From the NCBI GenBank assembly GCA_002633005.1, contig NMRA01000705.1:124001-188000 (forward strand): 64,000 bases of DNA, in the 5' to 3' direction. The position numbers were made by a program, and so were the translations under genes. Position 1 is the stretch's first letter. Every line of letters starts with the position of its first letter. Source of the DNA: Phoronis australis. Lineage: Eukaryota > Animalia > Phoronida. A model generated the notes under the pieces. It saw only the letters and a list, made by a program, of their open reading frames with translations. It did not search any database and was not told the DNA's origin. Below, one piece after another: positions 25,301-37,107 of the stretch.

Positions 25301-28300
25301 GTCATTGTTTCAAGCAAGGGCAACATGTTTTATGCATTTTCTAAAATTAATTATTATAATTCTCAAAACTGTGACGACTGTAAGTTATGCAATATAATTT
25401 ATATAAAACTTTAATTTCAATAGTTGCTGCAAAAGATGTTATAATTGATACTGTGTCTCATTGAATTCAATACTTCGTTATCAGCATTCTGTTTTGAACA
25501 ATTTTGTTTCATCGTTGGTTTTCAATTTTAGTACCCACCCTGGCCATCCAGCTCTGTGGCTATAGTGTCCACTGCCTTGTCCAGTTGGTCTTGCTGTGTT
25601 ATATCCATTTGTAACACTCGCAGTCGTTCAGAACAGTTCTGTCGTAGTGTCTCCGCCCCTGAACCATCTGACTGGAGACATCCTGCGAACACTGTGAAGC
25701 CACACATGTCCAGCTTGATAGCCAGTGCATGACCTATACCACAGTCACAACCTAACAATAATCAATAGTTTTACATTCAGTATATCAGTATGTGTAAACT
25801 AAATGGTTTCACATCTTCAGTATATTAAAAGTTTAAACTAAATGATTCCACACCAGTATACCTATAAGACTACTCAATGGTTTCACATCAGTAAAAGTAT
25901 TACATAAATGTAAACTCTGGTTTCACATCAGAATTCTTTGTGTTAACTCAATAATTTCAAATCAAATACATTCTGTTGACTATAGGGTTTCACATCAGAA
26001 TAGCTAAGTTTTATATTCAATAGCTTCACATCAGAATGCATTGTATATATTCAATGATTTCACTTCAAAATACATATTGTGAACTTGAAGGTTTCACATT
26101 AGACTGCCTTCCTTTAATTCATAGTGGTTCGGCACTGGAGTACTTAATCGTAATTTAATTCTTTCATATTTCAATACTTGACATAAACGTCAGTTTTTGA
26201 CAGTTTACAGTAGATATTCTGACACCACCAGAACTTGTATTGTAAACAGTTTCGCATCAGAATACATGCTGTCCTTCATGTTATGTGCTATGTAGATATG
26301 GAGTTAACGTATATTGAGAAGTATTTTGCATTTCTACGCACTTACCTGTAATAAGGACTGCCTTTTTGTCAACTGGTAACAGCTGACGCCGTCGTCTGTA
26401 AACCCACAATGCAGACAGCCCACCAAGTGCCATGACCAGGCCAGTGGGAAATTGTTGACCATTTAGAGAGTATAAATGCATGTGAAATGAAGAAAAATCC
26501 TGAAATCACATCAGGCTAAATTAGACGGCCTAAATATCTCAGAAGCCTTGTTGTAACAGACGAGTGAAGTTTCTACAATTTAGAGCACGATATTGTGAAA
26601 TGGTGATTTTTTATCAAATTTACCTGCACAACTAAACAGTTTGTATTGTATAGTTGTTTTTTTTAATGTATGTTTACTATTTTCAGAAACTGGAAAATAC
26701 AATTTCACCAATTATTTTTGTTCTCATTTGAAGGAACTTTACTGTGTCTAATTGTTGAAGTTAATGAGCCAGGCATTTCATTGCAGAAGGCAATTCCTAC
26801 CAGTGTTCTCACTGCAACAGGCGGTATCCCACAGAGAGGCTACTCAGGGATCATATGAGGCACCATGGTAAGATAAAGTACCAATTCTCACAACCAGGAC
26901 AATTTCTGATGGGAGAAAATTATGTAATTTGTTAATAAGCTGTCATGCAGTTTTGTGAATAGCCCGAAAAGAGGCCATAGTAACTTAACCATATTGAAAG
27001 TTGTGGCCAAAATAGGCCAATGTAATGATTGTGTTTTGTACCTGCTGTCAAGTACATTCCTGTACAGGCTTTACCATTTTGGCAAAAATTTAAAATGAAA
27101 AAATAGTCATCTTACTGACATTTACGATTAATTTTAAAACACGATATAGCAGAATTTTCATCTAAGGCAAACAGGAAGAAAACTAGTTACTTCATTGTAT
27201 GCATGGTTTAGATTGCACTGCTGCCATGAGTTAACACACAATCAAATTTATGCATTTAAAATGGAAAAATGACCAATTTGACGTTTGTTCAAATTTAAAG
27301 AATCTTTACTATTGTTTTTTGAATAACTATCTGAAAGAAGGTAAATTAAAACTTTTCTTATTGAAGTCAATCCTGACATCATTTGTGTCGGAGGTTATTT
27401 ACACCAAGTGACCTCTGCAGTTACATTGGCACACTGTAATACACCAACTGTGATTAAGTATATTGAAACTCTGAATTAAGGGGTTGTAAACCAACCTTGT
27501 TTTTGGTTATTTCACTCAAATCATAGATTCTTTTCGCCTCCAATTTCCCCTTACCGATAACCGTGTTATTTGGCTAAAGCACATGAAATCCTCTTCCTGT
27601 CACTAAACAGATCCTATATTTTGAGTTGTTCAATCTTTGGTCAAGTAATGATCACACTTCCCAATTTAGTACAGATTTTGCGGGTTTTCAGATTCGTTCC
27701 GAGATCTTGAGACTTGGTTTTGGCTACAGAGCGTTATTTAAGAAAGTGGTCTAAAATAAGGTTTAGTATCCTTAGAAATTACCATCGATAGGTGAAGCAT
27801 ATCCTGATATATTTTGATTCAAAAATAGTTTAGTATAACTCGCAGAAGCCGAGTTTAACCTGATGAAGATATTCAGTTTCCAAATAAGGCAAAATTTAAC
27901 TTATTTGAAAGGCCAAGTACACGGACTAGAATAACCACACTGCGGAAGTTTTTCTAAGTCAAGCAAAAATTCCAACATATGTGAGCTTTACCTAAAATAC
28001 TTTATTTCGGCATTGTTTAGCTGCCAAACAACAAAAATAATTAAACCACTTATGATCATAAGATCATTCCCATGATATTCGTTGCGATAATAGGATCCAA
28101 TTTTCATTACCTATAAGAACATGGAAACCAACGTCTCAAGGTATCGTTTCAGAGTTTGTTAGTGCTGGCCAACCCTAAAATTGTAGATTCAAGATTAGCA
28201 TGTGTAAGCATGGAATGACTTGAGTTGCCAGCTCATTCGGCAGTGATTCAAGATTGGATAAGCGTGGAAATCGTACAAAATACTGCTAAGAGATATGCTT

Positions 28301-31300
28301 TACTCACCTGTATGTGGAATGCTACTCCGCCCATAATTAACGCTCTCTTTATAATCCCTTCTCTGATACCCTGCTGAGTAGCATTATGTTAACTTCAGGT
28401 AGACCTGTGCGTTGGCTTTTGATGAGTATATTCTGAGTCTTTTAAGAACTATCATGTGACATTTGTCATGTTTGACAAAATGCTAATCTTTAGTATTCTC
28501 AGTCATGGTCGAACCATGTAGTAGCTTGCTTATAATTTTTCATTCCTCAATTTCCAAACCAACTGTAGTGTTTTCGATACACAAATTTTGAACATTATTA
28601 GAAGATAATAATGATATTAGTGATATGACAGCTGATAAATTCAATTAATATATTAATAGCTCTTGTGCTTCTCAGTACTTTGTGTTTTTACAATTTCAAA
28701 TCACGGCAGTTCAGATGCACCCATGTTTTTGAAGACGTTTAGCTGAACATCTCCCATACACAACCTTGTGTGCTTAACCAGCAGTTATCTCCCCTGTGCA
28801 GCATGCCGTGGCCTTTGTACTCACCTACCAAATATTTCTGTGAACTTTGACATAGGGCACAGAATCCCCCCGTCGGGTAATCACTATAAGTGTCCTCATG
28901 TGACCCCTGTCCCTCATATGTCCCCTTTTTACTCCAGTGAACCATTACAAGTGCCCCTTGTGTGACATGACATGTCCCTGGCCATCAACACTCAAGCTTC
29001 ACATGCAATACAGACACACAGATGTTAAACCATACGTCTGTGACCAGTGTGGATACAGGTAAGATTTCAAGTATTCCTGTATTTGAGACGAGCCAGCTGG
29101 TGGTGGATGGATCTTGTCTTGTACGTTTTTACCAAAGTATATCCACCATACTTTCCAAATATGAAGACAGACATGTATCACACGGAACCATGTTTATTAT
29201 TTTTATAAGTTCCATTAGTGCGGTACACACTAGTGTGCCAACATAAACATGTCTGCCACGTCGCTAGCTAGGTTATTCGAGCTTAGTTTGGAACCTTGAA
29301 TAAGGTACTACAAAAGGTGATTAGTACTACTTAAGGTTGAATAATCTTATACTTTCAAACTTTTATCATAAGGATTATTGATACTAGATGAATTCAGTGT
29401 CGTACTTGCTGTTAATCTCAAGTAGAAACTGGAAAATAGCAGCTCCACCTTCAGGAAGAATGTTCAGTCGTAAAGTGATAGCGTACTGAGTTGAACCCAG
29501 AGTCACCCTTGTCATGGTTTATAATCTTTATATCAAAAAACAAAACTAAAAACAATTTCAATTCTGTTAGTTCTGTCTTTACAATTGATACAAGTTTTTC
29601 CCACCTTCGTTTTGAGCTTGATAGATGCAGATAGACATGAGAAAGCCAGATTTTGAACAGGTTGAGAACTGATCTAAATCAAAGAGGATTTATTGACGTT
29701 ATTTATGTGTTTTCTATGTATGTGCGACACTTGCATTCATTCCATGGGGTACTCACTTGTATTTACACACTAATTCATGGAGAAGAGAAGAGTTAGTTAC
29801 TGTCATTTTTACACTAATTCATGGAGAAGAGATGGTCACAGTGATATTCCTGACCAAGTTTAAACCTTCGCCCTTTTGGTGCACCTGATAACGTGCCCTG
29901 CTGACTTAGTGTAATTAAATTGGTAACACATGAAATAGAAACCCCAAGGGCAGTCAAAATAAGAAGAGAGTCACGTTTTACCTGACTGGCTGTAAGTTGA
30001 CCAGAATTTTGCATTTTGGGAGGAGTTGTGCTTTAAAAGATGGGCTGGGGGGGTGAGAGTGCGCACTGCTGCAATGTACTTGTGCCTTTTATTTTTTATG
30101 CCCTAATGGCACAAAGGCGCAATCCAGGAATATCCCTGTGTTCACTAGTTTTTACACAATATTTTGGAGAAGATAGGTGGTAGTCATTAGTGTTTACATA
30201 CAAATTCATGAAAAAGATAAGACATGGTCACTAGTGTTTACGCTCTAGTTCATGGACACTATAAGAGGTAACCACTTGTATTTACTTGCTAATTCATGGA
30301 GAAGATAAGAGATAGTCACTAGTGTTTACATACTAATTCATGGAGAAGATAAGAGATAGTCACTAGTGTTTACATACTTATTCATGAAGAAGATAAGAGA
30401 TAGTCAGTAGTGTTTACATACTAATTCATGGAGAAGATAAGATATAGTCGCTAGTGTTTACATACTAATTCATGGAGAAGATAAGAGATAGTCACTAGTG
30501 TTTACATACTAATTCATGAAGAAGATAAGAGATAGTCACTAGTGTTTACATACTAATTCATGGAGAAGATAAGAGATAGTCACTAGTGTTTACATACTAA
30601 TTCATGGAGAAGATAAGAGATAGTCACTAGTGTTTACATACTAATTCATGAAGAAGATAAGAGATAGTCAGTAGTGTTTTCATACTAATTCATGGAGAAG
30701 TTAAGATATAGTCGCTAGTCTTTACATACTAATTCATGGAGAAGATAAGAGATAGTCACTAGTGTTTACATACTAATTCATGAAGAAGATAAGAGATAGT
30801 CACTAGTGTTTACATACTAATTCATGGAGAAGATAAGAGATAGTCACTAGTGTTTACATACTAATTCATGAAGAAGATGAGAGATAGTCACTATCATTTA
30901 CATATTAATTCATGCAGGAGATATGAGATAGTCAGTTAAAGGGCTTGGCAGTCTGTTTGTAACCCCATTGAGTACCTACCTATAGTTTTGATATTAGAGG
31001 TCTTATCACCACAGTTATTAATCCTATTACTAGACTTATGGTGTTTGTATTAGGACTGGCATTTGAGCAAAGCTGCAGCTTTCAAGCACAGTAATCCCTT
31101 CAGTTAGTTTAAGCTGAGACCAACAAGAATTGTTTACTGGCAGAAATGTTAAATGAAATTGGTTATGTGCAAACAGGTTTTGTCTACAAAGAGCACTGCT
31201 CATGAATGTTGTAACATTAGTTTTGTATTTTTGATTTGCTATTAGTCACGCATTTCATTCTCGCCTTAAAAATCATGAAACAATCTGATTAATTATTGAA

Positions 31301-34300
31301 CAAACTAGACAAGTCTAAAATTGTTCTTCCTAAAGCACCAATTGGTTTCAACCATCAAAATTATTTAGGGATCACTCGGTATGAAGCAGACTAATCATGG
31401 ATGGGTTAGCTAACCCTATCAAAACTGATAGCTGTTGAACTCTCGGTTTCTTGCTAGTGCACTAAATGGTTTGTTTCGGGATTGAAACTGTTTTCAGTTG
31501 TGATGTGGAGAAGTTTGAAACGTGTTTTATGTGATGCGTTGAGTAATTGGTATTATTTTCTACTTACATGTCATGCTTGGATCAAGGTGTTGTGTCAAAG
31601 TTACAAATTATGATTCTGTATGATTGTTTGGTTGTGCGGTTAAAATTGATACTAAAATGAGGAATTGTGTCCTAAACAACATTGCACAGCAATAATTTTT
31701 GCAGCCTCACCAAAGTGTGCAAGCAGTGATTAACATGAGTTTCAGGTAGTGAATTGAAGGTTATTGTTCCTGCAAAACTAGTTTAGTGCTTTAATGCATA
31801 GAATCTATACACATGATTTCACCATTTAGTTGCAAGATGGCAGCTGACTTAACCAAACACCTGGAGAGCCACACGGAAACCAAGTACAAGTGCAGCGCTG
31901 ACGGGTGTCAATTTGAGGGAAAGACTTTCCTATCTCTGTCCAAGCACTTCACAGCAGTACACCAAGTGAGTGCAGATATGTCAAGTTCACTCTTGACCAA
32001 AGTTAGAAAGTTACAGCTTTTTAAACTTAGAACAACACATTTCAGTTTCAACCAAAGCTCAAGGTAGCACACTTAAACTACAGTTTGCGTGCTCAGGTTT
32101 TTGAGTTTGCACTATGGAGCCTGTTCCTTTATTTGATAGTCAAACAACACTTCACTTCTCTTTGTTTAAAGTTGGTTATGAATGTGAAGGCAGTGTTTGT
32201 CCACATGCTTTTCTGGTTGTAGATAGAGAAGCCAATAGTGTACATGTGTGTTATTCTGGTTGTAGAGAGATAGACTACTTGACTTTTGTATACATGTGTG
32301 TTATTCTGGTTGTAGAGGGATATACTACTTAATGTATACATGTATGTTATTCTGGTTGTAGAGGGATAGACTACTTGTATACATGTGTGTTATTCTGGTT
32401 GTAGAGAGATAGACCAGTAGTGTACATGTGCCATCTGTGTAAGCGACAGTACTCCCGCGGCACAATACTCACACAACATTTGAAGAAGAAGCACAACTTC
32501 AAGTGGCCATCTGGCCATGTCAGGTTCAGGTAGGCAGCGCTCCTGGGGCTTGGAGTAGTGTAAAGTGATAATTTGACTGTGGTTAGGATTACATTTGGAG
32601 ATGTTTTGGTTAAGCATATGGAAAAGGGATAGGGGTTGCCATAATCTTATCAATGTTTTGTAAATTTTGTACAGTTATATTTTGGTAATTTGAGTATATT
32701 CGTTACCTATTTATCATGTAACCATTACAACAATTAAATGTATTAGTTTCATTATTGTCTACTCATATCGCCATGACAACCATGTTTTAATCCTCTTTCC
32801 AAGTTAGCGTGACCATTTTGCCAATATATACATATGTTCTAGCGTCATATTCAAAGGACTTTCAATTGCTGCCTCACAAATATTGAAACAAAGAATCAAC
32901 ACAATCGAGACAGATACTGTCATAATGGATGTATTTTGGTTCAGAATTAAGAACACTTTGAAGGTATCATCTCTTCACAATGTTGAAAACTCAAAGTGTA
33001 TGACTTAGGAAGTTGTACAGTACCCAAAACACAAGCCCTTTTAGACCAGCGTGACTGCTACTAGCGACGTGTTCTGAACATGAATGTTCTGGAATCTCCC
33101 TGTGAGATAATGGTTCGGCAAGCAATTCACGCGTACACTGTGCAGGGCCGAATATGTGTGTAGCACACTGAATTGTGGGTGTGTGTGGCAGTCCAGTTGG
33201 TCCATGATCAACACATTCACAATTGTGCTATTCCGTGTTTGTTTTGTGCAGAGAATTCTTGAATTGACCTTGCCTGGGAATGAGCTCAATGACATACTTT
33301 GCTTATTATGGTAGACTGCGCTTTTAATCCTATTCCAAGTAGTAGACATACAGTCTTATTAAGTTGCAAAAAGTTCTGGAGTGTATTTTTAAGAAAGTTT
33401 TTTGTCAGTCTTCAATAGTTTTGAATGGCTTGTGTCTGTGCAGTGACATCATTAGTACCTTTGTCATGCCAGTAGTTATGTTCCACTTATTTATTGTAGA
33501 TACAAACTACATGACGATGGCTTCATGAGACTGCAGACTGTACGATATGAGAGTGTTGACGTTGCTGCCTTTGACTCAGACCAACAAACATCTACAGATG
33601 CTGCTGGTAAATATCTTGTGTTGACCTTTATAGTGACTGGAATGTAAGTGACTGACTTCACTGAGTATTGATGAGATTCACTGAGCTCCATCTTTTGAAG
33701 TTGTTCGATTGTAATACTGAGCTGTTTTGGCAATTTGTGAGTGAAAGGGGGCCCTCAGCATTTTGTGGGACAGTTTTTAGATTGTGCATGTTGTCAGAGG
33801 CCCTAAAAATACGAGTCAAAACAAGTATGTGTTAGATACCATCTGAAGCTCTGCCTAGAAAATTGTACTATCGTTTGAAACCAGGAGAACTTGAATTATT
33901 TCTTCTGACAAACATAATATTAAAACTACATAAAACTCACCGTTAAAATACTTACTCAAATTAGTTGTTAGTGTGATATCTGTGTACACTTAGTATGCCG
34001 TAATGGTAAAATTTAAAAGTTTTATTCAAGGAATTAGTAACTAAGTTTAGTTTCTCTTGAAATTGCTCTCTGATCTGCTCAACTTTGAGGAACACCGTAA
34101 TTTCACTAAGTGCATGTCTACATACTGCAAATAAGATACCTTTTATTAAACACTCCACAGCCATGTCTGGGGTATCAGTGTTTAATGTTCACATTAATTT
34201 TGTTCATCTGAAGTGAGAGCATCAAAGTGCTGCTGCATTGAAAGGTGTTTGTGAGGGACGTAACTTTTAGTCGTTTATACTGTGTTGCTCTTGCTTTTCA

Positions 34301-34972
34301 GATGTGTCATTGGTCAACTCTAGTGATTTAGGTGATCAGTCTACTGAAGTGGGTGGCAGTGAATGTGATACTTCAGCTAGTCAGATGAACATTAGCGCCA
34401 TCACGGCTCTGATGGTAGGTGAAGAGTCTTCTGCCTATAACTTCATGTCATGTGACAATACTCAGCTGGGTCAACTGAATGGAATAGAGCAACAGTTCAT
34501 GCATAGTGTTACTCAAAGCAGCCAAGAGGGTAACCACCAGGTGGAGCTTCAGCATCACAACCCTGATTCTACTCAAGTCCACCAGGCACCATTAGTATCT
34601 GTTGGTTCTGATCGTTTCCACCAAACAGATTCTGGTAGTGATGAGGTCATTCAGGAAACCTACAATTTGCAAATGTTAGGGGAGGTTGCTCTACATTTAC
34701 CACAACCGACAACCCCAGATAAAGCTGCAGGTGGCGGTCAGTGTGGGAGTGAGGCCAGCTTGACTCCGCTGACCCTGGTTAAAGATGCAGATGGCAGTCA
34801 GTATGGGATTGATACCAGCTCAAGTTCACTGAGCAGTGGTGTTGCTGTGGAGAAGCGAAAGGGTGCCCAAAGAAGAAAATCTCCTGTGAAAAGTAAAAGG
34901 AGAAAGCTGGAAAATGAGGACGAAGATATGAGAAGAACTCTTGTTGAAATGGGGATAACAATCACCAATTGA
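16117..34972 (+). CDS. HINFP: Histone H4 transcription factor HINFP (C2H2 zinc fingers), about 638 aa
   Basis: Exons 16117-16312, 16718-16941, 19527-19632, 20155-20304, 26787-26867, 28938-29058, 31830-31965, 32405-32529, 33500-33606, 34302-34972 join in frame (1917 nt). Motifs [23 protein letters not shown] and [34 protein letters not shown] are characteristic of HINFP. Confidence 0.96.
16718..16941 (+). CDS. HINFP: HINFP exon 2
   Basis: [35 protein letters not shown]. Confidence 0.94.
17108..19420. mobile_element. Decayed Helentron/HINE-like non-autonomous element with internal tandem repeats (HINFP intron 2)
   Basis: T-rich start TTTTTATGCG..GGGGTACATATTG, recurring CCCCTAGTGG and AAACCAC/ATGAAA motifs, end GGACACATAT..CTCTTGTT; family call is inference. 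Confidence 0.45.
19527..19632 (+). CDS. HINFP: HINFP exon 3
   Basis: [22 protein letters not shown]. Confidence 0.93.
20155..20304 (+). CDS. HINFP: HINFP exon 4
   Basis: [33 protein letters not shown]. Confidence 0.94.
20952..21128. repeat. Degenerate minisatellite, about 4 copies of a roughly 40-bp unit
   Basis: TACATTTGTCTTTAG(T/C)TACAT..TTTCAAGATG repeated. Confidence 0.7.
21405..21650. repeat. About 98-bp tandem repeat, 2.5 copies
   Basis: ACAAGTTGTCACTAACACTTA at about 21407, 21506, 21605. Confidence 0.8.
21829..22055 (-). CDS. SDR last exon
   Basis: [27 protein letters not shown]...DW; acceptor CTAATGTATGTTGCAG. Confidence 0.87.
21829..28334 (-). CDS. Short-chain dehydrogenase/reductase, SDR9C-like (BDH1/HSD17B2/RDH group), about 346 aa
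   Basis: Exons 28334-28308, 26499-26346, 25751-25539, 24843-24661, 23828-23691, 22558-22460, 22055-21829 join in frame (1041 nt). Motifs [36 protein letters not shown]...I.HAL. Confidence 0.9.
22460..22558 (-). CDS. SDR exon 6
   Basis: [32 protein letters not shown]; phase 1-1. Confidence 0.85.
23691..23828 (-). CDS. SDR exon 5 (catalytic YxxxK)
   Basis: [25 protein letters not shown]. Confidence 0.93.
24661..24843 (-). CDS. SDR exon 4
   Basis: [33 protein letters not shown]. Confidence 0.93.
25539..25751 (-). CDS. SDR exon 3
   Basis: [27 protein letters not shown]. Confidence 0.93.
25770..26275. repeat. Highly degenerate intronic tandem repeat (core GTTTCACATCAGAATA)
   Basis: Core recurs about 10 times at roughly 40-bp spacing. 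Confidence 0.6.
26346..26499 (-). CDS. SDR exon 2 (membrane anchor, KKAVLIT)
   Basis: Hydrophobic segment, then RRRR and AVLITG. Confidence 0.88.
26787..26867 (+). CDS. HINFP: HINFP exon 5
   Basis: [23 protein letters not shown]; phase 1-1. Confidence 0.93.
28308..28334 (-). CDS. SDR putative first coding exon (MGGVAFHIQ)
   Basis: ATG plus consensus donor CAG|GTGAGT, phase 0 matching the acceptor at 26499. Confidence 0.6.
28938..29058 (+). CDS. HINFP: HINFP exon 6
   Basis: [39 protein letters not shown]. Confidence 0.94.
30145..30935. repeat. 44-bp minisatellite, about 18 copies, with higher-order structure
   Basis: Unit GAGAAGATAAGAGATAGTCACTAGTGTTTACATACTAATTCATG; degenerate outliers at 29750-29840. 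Confidence 0.95.
31830..31965 (+). CDS. HINFP: HINFP exon 7
   Basis: [30 protein letters not shown]. Confidence 0.93.
32211..32430 (+). repeat. Five-copy 40-50-bp tandem repeat spanning the HINFP exon 8 acceptor
   Basis: TTCTGGTTGTAGA at about 32211, 32254, 32304, 32350, 32393. Confidence 0.9.
32405..32529 (+). CDS. HINFP: HINFP exon 8
   Basis: [35 protein letters not shown]; acceptor lies in a tandem repeat. Confidence 0.9.
33500..33606 (+). CDS. HINFP: HINFP exon 9
   Basis: [19 protein letters not shown]. Confidence 0.94.
34302..34972 (+). CDS. HINFP: HINFP last coding exon (disordered tail, basic NLS-like cluster)
   Basis: TTTTCAG acceptor in phase; open to TGA; [18 protein letters not shown]. 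Confidence 0.85.
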
Positions 34973-35334
34973 CAGTGAAGTTAAGGTGACACCGAGAGTA
35001 TGACCTTGCTTTGGATAAAGTTTAGTTGTAGTTTACTTAAATTAATGCAGCTACACATCCACTATCTGCCAAAAAGTAAGTTCTTTTGATGTGGACCACA
35101 TCCAAAATTGGTCACAGTTGTTGTTACTGACTCTGACGTGACAACTTGACTTGACGAGCCTGGTGTTCAGCAACAACACACTATCGGTTCTTTCCAAGCC
35201 TGACAATCTCTTGTAATCTGTGTAGTTTTATTTGAGACTAGTTTTGCAGCACTCAGTGGACTTAGTCAAAAGTTATATTTAGAACATGTTACAGCTCATA
35301 ATATTTGTTTTTTGGTCATGTTACATTTACTTCC

Positions 35335-35340
35335 AATAAA
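35335..35340 (+). promoter_or_regulatory. Candidate HINFP polyadenylation signal
   Basis: AATAAA about 360 nt after the stop, GT/T-rich sequence downstream. Confidence 0.5.
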
Positions 35341-36279
35341 TGTCTGTGAACATAAAATTTGCACACAACATTTATTAAAAACTTGTCTGTTGTTTTGGGG
35401 CGAATTCGGATAAAAGATAGTGCAGTAACAGCCATTTTTCAAGTGATTACAATTCTGCACTCCTCTGAGGATACCAGCAATTTATTAATATGCGGATGCA
35501 TCTTCTCAATGTCTTTCTGGTGTTACTCTTTTTTGGATACAAAATATTCTCGAGTTATTGAAGATTTTTTGATTTGATTGCTGCTTTTATTGACTGATAC
35601 CTCAATGCAATTTCATTGGCTTATCATTTGTACATTAGTGTTGGGGTCGTTGGTGTTCTTGCTTTCATTGTTGACCTCAACTCTAAGTTTTTCATTTGGA
35701 TTTCGACGTGTGTTTCTCCTGAGAGGGCTGTCTTTTAATTAGAATCAGAAATATTTATTGTACATAGGCCTCAGCCTCATAACACAGTTCACGTTACAAC
35801 TTTACAATGATAAAATTTAAGCTCCTAGTACAGTTGCTCTTGAAATATGTAACGCCAGAATCATGGCTTTGAAATAACCTAACTACTCCCGCATCATTTG
35901 TCATATTCGCCAGCAAATTTCTGCGCACATCACCAAGGATAGGTCAGTGACGCAAAATGAATCTCGTATTTCATAATCCAAAAGTTCTCTCCTCGTGTTA
36001 GACGTGCGTGTCGCCTTGTTTCAATGTAAAGCTTGTGCATTGAGCACCTAAAACGAGCAAATATTTCCTTAGGTAGGGGTCTAAAACGTACAAGTATTTT
36101 TCACGATGTAGTTCCGTTTTTATTGTGCAACAGAATTTATATTTAGTCAAATTAGGTATTACAGAGCGCCAATTTTATACGTCAAAGTCAATCTCTGACG
36201 AAATTCTGAAAGGAATAAATGCAGGTCACCCGGTCCGTATAACCATACCTCTCCAAGTTTCGGGGCATTTATTACATAA

Positions 36280-36534
36280 CAAGGCTTGGAATTTTCCTCT
36301 TTTAAGAGGATTTCCTCGTTTTTGGTTTAGATTTCTTCTAATCTAATTTCCAGTTCCGTCTTTTTTGTCTCTTTCTTTATCATTGTTTTGCCTTAATTTA
36401 CACACAAACTTATTTCAATTAAATTTTACAACTACACCAAAAATATTTCAATCACACAAACCTATTTATTTGTGGAATGGTACATCACCTGGAAAATTTT
36501 CCTCTTTTTTCGTCATTGGTCATTCCAAGCCCTG
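36280..36534. mobile_element. hAT-like MITE with 6-bp TSD (same termini as 6774-7272, opposite orientation)
   Basis: CAAGGCTTGGAAT / ATTCCAAGCCCTG; ACATAA duplicated. Confidence 0.75.
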
Positions 36535-36835
36535 ACATAAGCCAGGTCTATCTCCGTAAATCTAGACCACGGCCAACATCTATTGATTGACTACGAGATA
36601 AAATTAGGTAATGTTACGCAATTATTGCCAGCGGCAAAAAGTGGACACATTTGAATACTTTTCTGATGATTTTTTATTTAATTCCGTCTAGATAATGCGT
36701 GAAATATCCCATCAAAACGTTTTTTCGGACGTCTTTCAAAGCCAAATATAAGGGAGTCTACAGTCCGGTGTACTGCAGGCACGAGGATAGATAGTGCCAC
36801 CGTCAAGCTCAATGAAATAAATATATTTCGTTGTT

Positions 36836-37107
36836 CAAGCTCCTACAGGGCCTTTCATATGCCGGAAGCTTTTCGCCGGCGAATTATGTCTCACGCTGAT
36901 TAAACCATCCAATAAAGCCACGTTGCTATAAGTAGCTTTTGCGCATAGAGGGACTCCTTAGGAGGCCGTCGATGTCTTTATAGTTCCTATCCAACTCGAA
37001 CTCCCGTAATCATATTTTGAGCTGTCCTACGTTCAGTTTCCCCAAATAGGCAACTGACCATTTTTACACCTCACGCGCCAGAGAATACGACGTCATATCT
37101 CCTGTCT
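36836..37107. mobile_element. Half copy of the fold-back MITE family
   Basis: Matches the left arm of 11571-12155 up to the GACGTCA centre. Confidence 0.65.

Noticed and set aside
28697-28790. Initially taken as HINFP exon 5, implying a broken gene
   Set aside because: An intact exon 5 exists at 26787-26867, so HINFP is not a pseudogene.
30145-30935. CRISPR-like regular repeats
   Set aside because: Units are contiguous with no unique spacers, sit in a eukaryotic intron, and no cas genes are present.
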